A stretch of 24,757 nucleotides of DNA from the IMG/VR virus record IMGVR_UViG_3300033076_001006, positions 1 through 24,757 of that record; one strand, written 5' to 3'. How positions within the stretch are numbered: position 1 is the stretch's first letter; each line of letters begins with the position of its first letter. The notes under the pieces are model-generated. The model had not been told where the DNA came from. It did not search any database and was given only the letters and a program-made list of their open reading frames with translations. This stretch comes from a virus. Lineage: Duplodnaviria > Caudoviricetes. Made by a program: the position numbers and the translations under genes. Positions 1 to 6,502 of the stretch are shown piece after piece.

Positions 1-24
1 TATTCACCCTTTAATACTTCAATT

Positions 25-93
25 ATGAACTCATACATCATAGTAGACGGTGTTATAACTGTCCTCGAATGGATAGTTAATAACAATGCTTAA
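25..93 (+). CDS. Possible 22-aa peptide (MNSYIIVDGVITVLEWIVNNNA)
   Basis: ATG lies 20 nt after the TTCACCCTTT leader motif that precedes other genes; not in ORF track. Confidence 0.35.
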   Translation: MNSYIIVDGVITVLEWIVNNNA

Positions 94-108
94 TAGCATA
101 CAATAATA

Positions 109-174
109 TACTCTCATCCAAGCAGGATATCGCCTCGTGATGGAATAGTCAAGGGTTGCAACCTTGTGAGAGTA
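109..174 (+). ncRNA. tRNA-top-half-like structured RNA
   Basis: TACTCTCA(109-116)/TGAGAGTA(167-174) stem stacked on the CAAGG-GTTGCAA-CCTTG 5-bp/7-nt hairpin (150-166); inner TCCA/TGGA arm. Confidence 0.4.
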
Positions 175-525
175 CGAAAAACCATCCACCTAGACTAAGG
201 GCTTTCTTTCTAGCATGTAGGGATACATGTGAGGTTGTTAGAAGAAATGCATTGTTGTATATGGAAAGGTAGAGATATTGATGCATTCTCTCTACAACTC
301 TTAGTCTTATTTAACTAACCTTGAGCAGGAACAGGTTACAAAGGCCGTAATAATCCTTTGGTTAGTAATAGCCTGCTGTAATGCACCATTCTCACTTCCC
401 AAGGGTGAGCAGTTGTAACATAGAAATAGTAGTAAACAGCTTGACTGTTGGAAGAAACCATAAATCTAAATCTATTACAACTGAGTGCAGAGGGGATTTT
501 AGTATTCACCTTTTTTACACAACAC

Positions 526-735
526 ATGGAAGAAAAATCAGCAGTTGAGGCAGTGGTTAAAGCACTAAAGCCTTTCCTATTACTTGATGAGAAGTTGCTT
601 GAAGAAATGAAAGAGCAGGCCCTCATCATGGAGAAACAATCAAAAATCAAGTTTGCACTTCAAGCGCAACTTACGTCAATGACTACACAGAAACCCTTTA
701 CCACTGTCATAGAAGAAATGTCTAACGAAATCTAA
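526..735 (+). CDS. Hypothetical protein (69 aa; start moved from 448 to ATG 526)
   Basis: ATG 526 follows the TATTCACCTTTTTT leader; helical charged protein. Confidence 0.7.
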   Translation: MEEKSAVEAVVKALKPFLLLDEKLLEEMKEQALIMEKQSKIKFALQAQLTSMTTQKPFTTVIEEMSNEI

Positions 736-740
736 GTCAA

Positions 741-908
741 ATGAAAACACCAGAAATTATCCTTATTGTACTATGGTCCATTGGACTATTGATGACCGCT
801 CACCTACATGGTCAGCCTAAAAAAGGCAAGCACAACATTTTTGTCTCACTTGTATTCACGGCAACAACCATTGCCTTGCTCATGTGGGCAGGTTTATTCA
901 TCCACTAA
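741..908 (+). CDS. Small two-TM membrane protein (55 aa)
   Basis: MKTPEIILIVLWSIGLLMTAHLHGQPKKGKHNIFVSLVFTATTIALLMWAGLFIH; two hydrophobic segments; fills the gap between neighbours; not in ORF track. Confidence 0.75.
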   Translation: MKTPEIILIVLWSIGLLMTAHLHGQPKKGKHNIFVSLVFTATTIALLMWAGLFIH

Positions 909-919
909 ATCAGAATCAG

Positions 920-1087
920 ATGAAAAGTAAAGAACAAAAAAAGGGATTTACTCAAGGTATGGGAACTATGTTAATAGCATCTATAGGAATGAATCTCTTT
1001 GGACAAGGTGGCTGGATTACTTATCTGGGTTTAGCCTTAATGCTCACAGCTTCAGTCATTCTTTATACCCATGTAAAATCACATTAA
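920..1087 (+). CDS. Small two-TM membrane protein (55 aa; start moved to ATG 920)
   Basis: Basic N-terminus followed by two hydrophobic helices. Confidence 0.7.
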   Translation: MKSKEQKKGFTQGMGTMLIASIGMNLFGQGGWITYLGLALMLTASVILYTHVKSH

Positions 1088-1088
1088 G

Positions 1089-1247
1089 ATGTTGCGCAAG
1101 TTAATAGAAAAATGGTCTTGTAAGCATAAGTGGAAGATCCACAACATTACAAACATACATGATACTGATATTCCAGGTATGCCCACAGCAGTAAGGCAGA
1201 CTTTAATATGTCAGGATTGTGGTAAAATAAAACAAATTAACCTTTAA
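1089..1247 (+). CDS. Small putative Zn-binding protein (52 aa)
   Basis: MLRKLIEKWSCKHKW...LICQDCGKIKQINL: CxH plus CxxC; not in ORF track. Confidence 0.75.
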   Translation: MLRKLIEKWSCKHKWKIHNITNIHDTDIPGMPTAVRQTLICQDCGKIKQINL

Positions 1248-1258
1248 ATCAGAATAAT

Positions 1259-1339
1259 ATGGAATTTATTGCATTATCAATGTGCTGTACACCAGTTTTA
1301 GTGTTAGCTGTAAAATTACTCATTGAAAATAATAAGTAG
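1259..1339 (+). CDS. Possible 26-aa hydrophobic peptide
   Basis: MEFIALSMCCTPVLVLAVKLLIENNK; exactly fills the gap between neighbours. Confidence 0.5.
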   Translation: MEFIALSMCCTPVLVLAVKLLIENNK

Positions 1340-1340
1340 T

Positions 1341-1499
1341 ATGAAGAAGATCCTTCTCATTTGTGCAGCAATCGTTGCACTAACGTCTTGTGCTGGTCCT
1401 AAATACCTGGACTGTGATGCATACAAGACTCATTACAAACCTCTCAAAGCAGAGAAACACAAGCGTCATCACCACCAGCTGTGTGATGCGTACAACTAG
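1341..1499 (+). CDS. Small lipoprotein (52 aa) with two CDAY motifs
   Basis: MKKILLICAAIVALTS-C signal peptide II/lipobox; not in ORF track. Confidence 0.75.
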   Translation: MKKILLICAAIVALTSCAGPKYLDCDAYKTHYKPLKAEKHKRHHHQLCDAYN

Positions 1500-1520
1500 T
1501 ATTCACTTTTTTCAAATCCT

Positions 1521-2741
1521 ATGAAAATATCTCAACTTAAACAGCCATACAAGAAAATGGCTCAGTTTTACACTTCTGAAACCAAAAAGAAAGAGCGTGG
1601 TTTAACTCTAGCTGACGCTTTTATCTGGGCTCAATGTGTAAACTCAAAGTACACTGAATCACATTATAAATTCTGGAATGCTGTAGATGATGGTAAATCA
1701 CCTGATATTCCAAAAGCTATCTTGAACCATTTCAACAAGCACAACCCAAAAGAAGCATTTCAGGTAATGGGCATGCCTAAACCAGTTTCTGAGAAACCTA
1801 AAGGTCTTACTGCCACAAAGTCTTATAAGGACCTGGTTGGTCAAGAAATTAAAGGTTTTTCCTTTTTAGATGGCACCGAAGGTGTTTGGTATAATTCTAA
1901 AATGGACAGACATATTGGAAAAACAGGTGTCATTAAGGAGGTTGACAAAAACTTTGTAAGAGTAAAGTTTGATAGAGACAGGATCATTTGGACCTACCCA
2001 TTACGTCTAGTACTTGAGCAACTTGATGCTGCAAAGTCTCCAGAAAGTGACAATCAGCATCTTGTTGGTAGAAAGATAAGTGCATTTGCATTTAAATCAG
2101 GAACTAATGGTATTGTTTATAATTCATTAGTGAATGATGTGCTTGGTTATGATGGTACCATTATAGCTGCTTATCCTGATGCTATACACGTATCTTTTGA
2201 AACAAGAAAGGGTACTATAACAGTAAAATACCCATTTGGTAAAGATGTTAGATCTAGCTTGACTGGTCACACTGCAGAATCTTATCTTATTCCAGAAGAA
2301 GAAGTACAGAAAGCTTTGGCTAACATGCCTGCAGCACCATTTAAGGTTGGTGAAACTGTTTACCTGAGAGGTAATGCAGGACAGTACAAATGCGTTATTG
2401 ACAGAATTTACTTTAGTGGTGATTGCCCTATAAGCTTAGATGCTGGAAAACGTACAATTCTACAAAATGTTAGAATTGATGGTAGAAGATCACCTAAAGG
2501 AGACGTTATTTTGTCTCGCACCCCATGGCGTAATGAAAAGGGCTTCATGCTTGAGATTCACAATGCAGAAACTAAAGATAGCACAGATAATCAGCCTGTA
2601 GAACTCCTACAAGCTTCTTCAACAGAAAAAGTTGAATATTTTGCCGAGATTTTGCGTGAAATACATGCTCAAACAGGTGAGATTACTCTTGAAGATGTTA
2701 ATTATCACGCCAAATTGATCAAACGCAGTTTTTCCAAGTAG
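1521..2741 (+). CDS. Multidomain protein with two tandem SH3/KOW-like repeats plus a third SH3-like domain
   Basis: Internal repeats LVGQEIKGFSF..GVWYNS..IGKTGVI..VRVKF..WTYP and LVGRKISAFAF..GIVYNS..LGYDGTI..IHVSF..VKYP; FKVGETV..DGR domain. Confidence 0.85.
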   Translation: MKISQLKQPYKKMAQFYTSETKKKERGLTLADAFIWAQCVNSKYTESHYKFWNAVDDGKSPDIPKAILNHFNKHNPKEAFQVMGMPKPVSEKPKGLTATKSYKDLVGQEIKGFSFLDGTEGVWYNSKMDRHIGKTGVIKEVDKNFVRVKFDRDRIIWTYPLRLVLEQLDAAKSPESDNQHLVGRKISAFAFKSGTNGIVYNSLVNDVLGYDGTIIAAYPDAIHVSFETRKGTITVKYPFGKDVRSSLTGHTAESYLIPEEEVQKALANMPAAPFKVGETVYLRGNAGQYKCVIDRIYFSGDCPISLDAGKRTILQNVRIDGRRSPKGDVILSRTPWRNEKGFMLEIHNAETKDSTDNQPVELLQASSTEKVEYFAEILREIHAQTGEITLEDVNYHAKLIKRSFSK

Positions 2742-2747
2742 TTTATA

Positions 2748-2771
2748 AACCCAGGTGTCACAGCCTGGGTT
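2748..2771 (+). terminator. Hairpin, weak terminator or processing stem
   Basis: AACCCAGG-TGTCACAG-CCTGGGTT followed by a T-rich tract; same stem sequence as 23800-23822. Confidence 0.6.
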
Positions 2772-2796
2772 ATTGTTTTACCCTTTTTTCACAGAA

Positions 2797-3168
2797 ATGA
2801 AAATGTTTTTACTTATCCTATCCCTTATTGCTGTTTGCCTGTTCATCTTTGGATTATGGGCAGAACCTAGCATTACTCTCAAACCCTTCAAGATCGCCAT
2901 GTCTAACACTCAGATTGCCAAAGGCTTTGGTGGTTTCTTCTTTGTTGCTGGTCTTGTGTTAATCAACATTACTACCAGACAAATGGCCTATGAAGAAGGC
3001 GTTACTGACATGACAGAAAAAGCTGTTGAAGTTCTTCAGGAAGAGGTTGCCAAATCTTATCAGGAAGGTCTGACCAAAGGTGCTGAAGTAGCCACTGACG
3101 AAGTCATTACAAAGCTCAAAGATGCCGCTAAAGACAAGTCTACTGACGACCTCATAGACTGGGAATAA
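2797..3168 (+). CDS. Membrane protein with two TM segments and a helical acidic tail (start moved to ATG 2797)
   Basis: Two hydrophobic segments; repeated AYEEG/SYQEG/TKG helical motif. Confidence 0.8.
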   Translation: MKMFLLILSLIAVCLFIFGLWAEPSITLKPFKIAMSNTQIAKGFGGFFFVAGLVLINITTRQMAYEEGVTDMTEKAVEVLQEEVAKSYQEGLTKGAEVATDEVITKLKDAAKDKSTDDLIDWE

Positions 3169-3255
3169 TATTGCCGCTGTTTGTGATAGACTATGAAATA
3201 CATAGCAACTCAAAAAGCTTCTAAACTTAGAGTGTTACAAGCCCCGGCATAAGAT

Positions 3256-3366
3256 TGCATGCATGCGTAGCTGGAGTAAAGACAGGAATAAAACCGCCTG
3301 TAGTGATCTGTAGGTGTATTGTCCTCTACAGACACAGCTACCGGTTCTCCTGGACGAATGTATGCA
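3256..3366 (+). ncRNA. Candidate multibranch structured RNA
   Basis: Nested stems 3256-3264/3358-3366, 3267-3273/3335-3341, 3282-3286/3297-3301 and 3307-3313/3326-3332 in a gene-free gap. Confidence 0.45.
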
Positions 3367-3399
3367 TAAGCTTGCAGTATGTTGATTCCATACGCAGGT

Positions 3400-3479
3400 G
3401 GTCATGTAGTGCGTAATGAGGAAATGGTCCCTCATCCTTTATGGTTGCATCTATGCTGGTTCGAGTCCAGCCATGACCG
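3400..3479 (+). ncRNA. tRNA-like RNA / pseudo-tRNA lacking a canonical anticodon arm
   Basis: Acceptor GGTCATG/CATGACC; TA at positions 8-9; T arm GCTGG-TTCGAGT-CCAGC (3455-3471); non-canonical interior; no CCA. Confidence 0.65.
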
Positions 3480-3696
3480 CGTGAGTGAAGAGCAAGCTCA
3501 TGTCTTTGACAGTAGACCTAAAACAAGTCCGTTTTGCTGCAACGTATCGTAGAACATTGAGCGTAGGGTTCAGGAACATGGCAACTCCTCCTGCGATAGC
3601 TTGACTTTTTTGAGAGAAATCTCTGAGGTGTTTTCAAAGTAAAAAACCTCAAATATTAACATAGTCCTCGCCTGTATGCTCAGGGTGAGGTCACAG

Positions 3697-3805
3697 CAGG
3701 GAGTGGCTGAATTGGTTAAGGCACATGCAACAAGAGTTTGTACAGCTCGCCTGAGAAGTAAGTTGCATGGTGGCATAAATGCAGGTTCGATCCCTGCCTC
3801 CCTGG
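3697..3805 (+). ncRNA. tRNA-like RNA with expanded anticodon arm
   Basis: Acceptor CAGGGAG/CTCCCTG; D arm GCTGAATTGGTTAAGGC; 8-bp stem CATGCAAC/GTTGCATG around a 30-nt loop; T arm GCAGG-TTCGATC-CCTGC; no CCA. Confidence 0.75.
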
Positions 3806-3807
3806 CT

Positions 3808-4029
3808 ATGAAGTTACACTTCGCACAAAGGGTCATCGCTAAGTCCGTACCACGTGACACGAATGGCAGCAACGGTGAGGCTAACTCCAGAAGACGTGAA
3901 TTGCAAATTGAGATCAATAAGAACAAAGTTCAGATTGACCGCTCTGTATTTGCAAAAACGGAAGAGGAGAGAGTATCACTGAAGATTGCCAAAATGCAGT
4001 GGAAGGCTAAACTTAACGGTCGCTCTTAA
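3808..4029 (+). CDS. Small basic protein (73 aa; start moved from 3676 to ATG 3808)
   Basis: The upstream part of the track ORF overlaps the tRNA-like RNA; K/R-rich; followed by a terminator. Confidence 0.65.
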   Translation: MKLHFAQRVIAKSVPRDTNGSNGEANSRRRELQIEINKNKVQIDRSVFAKTEEERVSLKIAKMQWKAKLNGRS

Positions 4030-4052
4030 AAATCCTAAGAAAAAGGTTGGCT

Positions 4053-4083
4053 GACGCTGGGATAACCATAAGGCGTCTTTTTT
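4053..4083 (+). terminator. Intrinsic terminator (imperfect)
   Basis: GACGCT...GGCGTC stem followed by TTTTTT. Confidence 0.5.
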
Positions 4084-4105
4084 GTTTCACTATTTCTTAC
4101 ACACA

Positions 4106-4531
4106 ATGAACTTATATGAAGACTGGAAAGGCAGAATCATGGTCCCGGTGACCACTATTGACATTGGTGCTAAAGTAGTACCAGGTCCTGACTTCGTTAG
4201 CGCCTGGGAAGACCAAGTAAACAAAGCTGTTTATGGCATAATTACACGGCTTCATGACAGAAGCAATGAAAATCTGCAATGGTTAAACGTAACCTGGTAT
4301 AATCAGCATGATGAAATCACTGATAACAATCACGTTTACTGGATAAAGCCCAAAGATGAGTTATACGCCCTTGCCTACTATTATGATTATAATGAGGTAA
4401 ACCAGTGGCTTAAGAGTAACCTTGTTACTCTGCCAGATGGGTCTACTGAAACCTTTTACAACCATTATGATCCACATGTAGGTGTAGAACTTTATGTCGC
4501 ACATCTTAACTCTCAACGCCATGGCAACTAG
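4106..4531 (+). CDS. MIB/HERC2-like SH3-fold protein, paralogue 1 (start ATG 4106)
   Basis: IGAKVVPGPDF..WEDQ..YGII..WLNVTW..NHVY. Confidence 0.75.
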   Translation: MNLYEDWKGRIMVPVTTIDIGAKVVPGPDFVSAWEDQVNKAVYGIITRLHDRSNENLQWLNVTWYNQHDEITDNNHVYWIKPKDELYALAYYYDYNEVNQWLKSNLVTLPDGSTETFYNHYDPHVGVELYVAHLNSQRHGN

Positions 4532-4931
4532 ACCTGTTAAAAACTACCAATGGAAAGTTTACAAACCACTAAAAGGCCTGAAAGTAGTAAGACGTCCAGG
4601 TTGGGAGTTTAATGATCAAGATGAGGGTGCTGAGTATGGAGTAATAATTAAACAGAATAAAGGTATAAGCATGGACTGGTCTGTGGTGGTATGGATAGCT
4701 TCTGATGGAAGAATTACAAACACAGGAGCTTATAAAAGTGAAAAAGATTTGTTGCACTATGATATAGATAAAGTCTATGATTGGGCAAGAACTCAACAAA
4801 TCATCCATGGTAATGGAGAAACCTTTTTGAATGTTTACCATACTGATGTGTTAATGGACTTATACTACCAAGCTCATCCTGAAGAATTAGAAATCCCCCA
4901 AAATGTTTTAGACGTATGGCAACTAAAGTAA
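4521..4931 (+). CDS. MIB/HERC2-like SH3-fold protein, paralogue 2 (start ATG 4521)
   Basis: GLKVVRRPGWEFNDQDEGAEYGVII..WSVVVW..G..TGAY. Confidence 0.75.
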   Translation: MATRPVKNYQWKVYKPLKGLKVVRRPGWEFNDQDEGAEYGVIIKQNKGISMDWSVVVWIASDGRITNTGAYKSEKDLLHYDIDKVYDWARTQQIIHGNGETFLNVYHTDVLMDLYYQAHPEELEIPQNVLDVWQLK

Positions 4932-5371
4932 AAAGAGGCTTTAAAGTTGTGCCTGTAACAACAGAAGATATTGGCGCAGTGGTAGTGCGTGGACCAGAAT
5001 GGCATTACAATGAACAAGATCGTCGAGCTATGTATGGTGTCACTGAGAAAAAATCCTCTCATGGATGGATGAAAGTAACTTGGTATAACGCTTATCATAA
5101 AGAGACTAATCACAACAGTTACGAGTGGCTTGAACGTCATGACCTGGCGTACTACAACCCTGACAAAAAATACACCATTCCAGGCAAAGGCACCACAACC
5201 AAAGTTGAGAGTGATGATCTGCCTGGTACTGTATATCCGGAAGCATTTGTTCAGTGGATCCTTGACTATGCTACTAAAGAAACGATCAATTTTACAACAC
5301 AAACCCTTGCAGAGGCTTACACACTTGACGTGTTATATTCTATTTACAAACAAGAAAAACAAACATCATGA
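4916..5371 (+). CDS. MIB/HERC2-like SH3-fold protein, paralogue 3
   Basis: IGAVVVRGPEWHYNEQD..YG..GWMKVTW..NSY closely follows the MIB/HERC2 pattern G-x-R-V-V-R-G-P-D-W-x-W-x-x-Q-D..G..V-x-W..N-x-Y. Confidence 0.8.
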   Translation: MATKVKRGFKVVPVTTEDIGAVVVRGPEWHYNEQDRRAMYGVTEKKSSHGWMKVTWYNAYHKETNHNSYEWLERHDLAYYNPDKKYTIPGKGTTTKVESDDLPGTVYPEAFVQWILDYATKETINFTTQTLAEAYTLDVLYSIYKQEKQTS

Positions 5372-5508
5372 TTGTAATTTTTGGACTTATGGTGACAGCC
5401 TTATTGGTTTATTGTGTTCACCTCAGCAACGACAGAGACTGGTACAAAAAAGAGTACCACCGTCTGCTTGATGAAGCTCGTATAGAAAACTTAGGAAAGA
5501 AGAAATGA
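5368..5508 (+). CDS. Small single-TM protein (46 aa)
   Basis: MIVIFGLMVTALLVYCVHLSNDRDWYKKEYHRLLDEARIENLGKKK; ATGA overlaps on both sides; not in ORF track. Confidence 0.75.
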   Translation: MIVIFGLMVTALLVYCVHLSNDRDWYKKEYHRLLDEARIENLGKKK

Positions 5509-5846
5509 GAACGTTCTTCAGAGAAAACTGGTTACTGATAACATTAGCCAGTTTTGTTCTTTTCTGCATAGTTCACAGCTGCACTCAAGAACCCCGCAAA
5601 GAGCCCTTCACAGGCTATGTTGTAGCAAAAGAATACACCCCGCGACACATGTGTCACACTGAGGTAACAACGGTAGTTGAGGCAGGATATACCCCTGTCC
5701 ATATACCTGTTAACACTCATATACACCATATGCAGGAGCCAGAATTCATTCTACACGTAGCCAACAAAGATGAGCTCAAACACATCCCCGTTGACTCCAT
5801 AACGTATGTTCGTACAGAACTACTTGAAAAGTATACCTATTACTAG
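5505..5846 (+). CDS. Membrane-anchored His-rich hypothetical protein
   Basis: N-terminal TM or possible lipobox (VHSC); GYVVAKEY beta-rich domain; HIPVNTHIHH. Confidence 0.8.
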   Translation: MRTFFRENWLLITLASFVLFCIVHSCTQEPRKEPFTGYVVAKEYTPRHMCHTEVTTVVEAGYTPVHIPVNTHIHHMQEPEFILHVANKDELKHIPVDSITYVRTELLEKYTYY

Positions 5847-5853
5847 TAGGTAC

Positions 5854-5932
5854 AGCCAGGTGACAGCTGCTTAGTGTCAGTTTTAAAATTTAAAGGTTAG
5901 TAATTATTACTGTTGCTGTCCCTGGCTTTTTT
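5854..5932 (+). terminator. Large-loop hairpin with U tract (terminator or small RNA)
   Basis: AGCCAGG-T-GACAGC (5854-5867) pairs with GCTGTC-CCTGGCT (5915-5927), followed by a T run. Confidence 0.55.
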
Positions 5933-5956
5933 GTTTCACCCTTTTAGCTTTATCCT

Positions 5957-6337
5957 ATGTTAGGTTATTTTATTGTTGCAACACTTTTTTTTATTGGCCT
6001 TGCAATTATGGCCGCTTTGTCAGATGATGAACAGATTCTCATCATTCCTATTGTCTTTGTGTGGCTTTTGGGTGTGTTGATGCCTGCAGGTGTACACACT
6101 GAAGCTGTAAAGTCAGTGACTTTGTCTAAGAACCAGTACTTCCTTTCAGAAGAAGATGGCCTTGGTAGGTATCTTATCATTAAGAAAGATGAAGAAGAAA
6201 TTATCCCTATCAGAACAAAAGGCACGCTGAACCGCATCAACAGTGGTTCATATAAAATCGTTGTTCACAAACATTTCAATGTTTTTGGTACTGAAAGTAC
6301 TTCAGACCTTTACTTCATCCTTCCCAATGGAAAGTAG
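5957..6337 (+). CDS. Two-TM membrane protein
   Basis: Two N-terminal hydrophobic helices; TCCT-ATG start context. Confidence 0.8.
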   Translation: MLGYFIVATLFFIGLAIMAALSDDEQILIIPIVFVWLLGVLMPAGVHTEAVKSVTLSKNQYFLSEEDGLGRYLIIKKDEEEIIPIRTKGTLNRINSGSYKIVVHKHFNVFGTESTSDLYFILPNGK

Positions 6338-6491
6338 AAAAACCTACCGGGTGAATGTCACCCTGCCTGATGGCAAAATCAAACAGATGTCAGCCTATGC
6401 ATGTTCACAATATCATGCCAAGGACCTTATCTACACAGAATTGGCGAAGCGTCAGCCTGATAGACGCATGTATACAGTGGTCAAATCTTAA
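6327..6491 (+). CDS. Small hypothetical protein (54 aa; start moved to ATG 6327)
   Basis: MESRKTYRVNVTLPDGKIKQMSAYACSQYHAKDLI..; typical small phage beta-beta-alpha pattern. Confidence 0.7.
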   Translation: MESRKTYRVNVTLPDGKIKQMSAYACSQYHAKDLIYTELAKRQPDRRMYTVVKS

Positions 6492-6502
6492 AACCAAATC
6501 CT

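Noticed and set aside
109-174. SAM-I riboswitch (CTCTCATC..GCAACC..TGAGAG resemblance)
   Set aside because: Too short; lacks the kink-turn P2, P4 and GTGC partner strand; no methionine-related gene downstream
3697-3805. Functional tRNA-Tyr or a group I intron-containing tRNA
   Set aside because: The insert is only about 30 nt, far too short for a self-splicing intron; there is no canonical 5-bp/7-nt anticodon arm in register and no clear bulge-helix-bulge
3400-3805. tmRNA (one- or two-piece)
   Set aside because: Neither acceptor stem has the G3-U70 alanine identity pair, each element closes on itself, and no tag ORF was recognised
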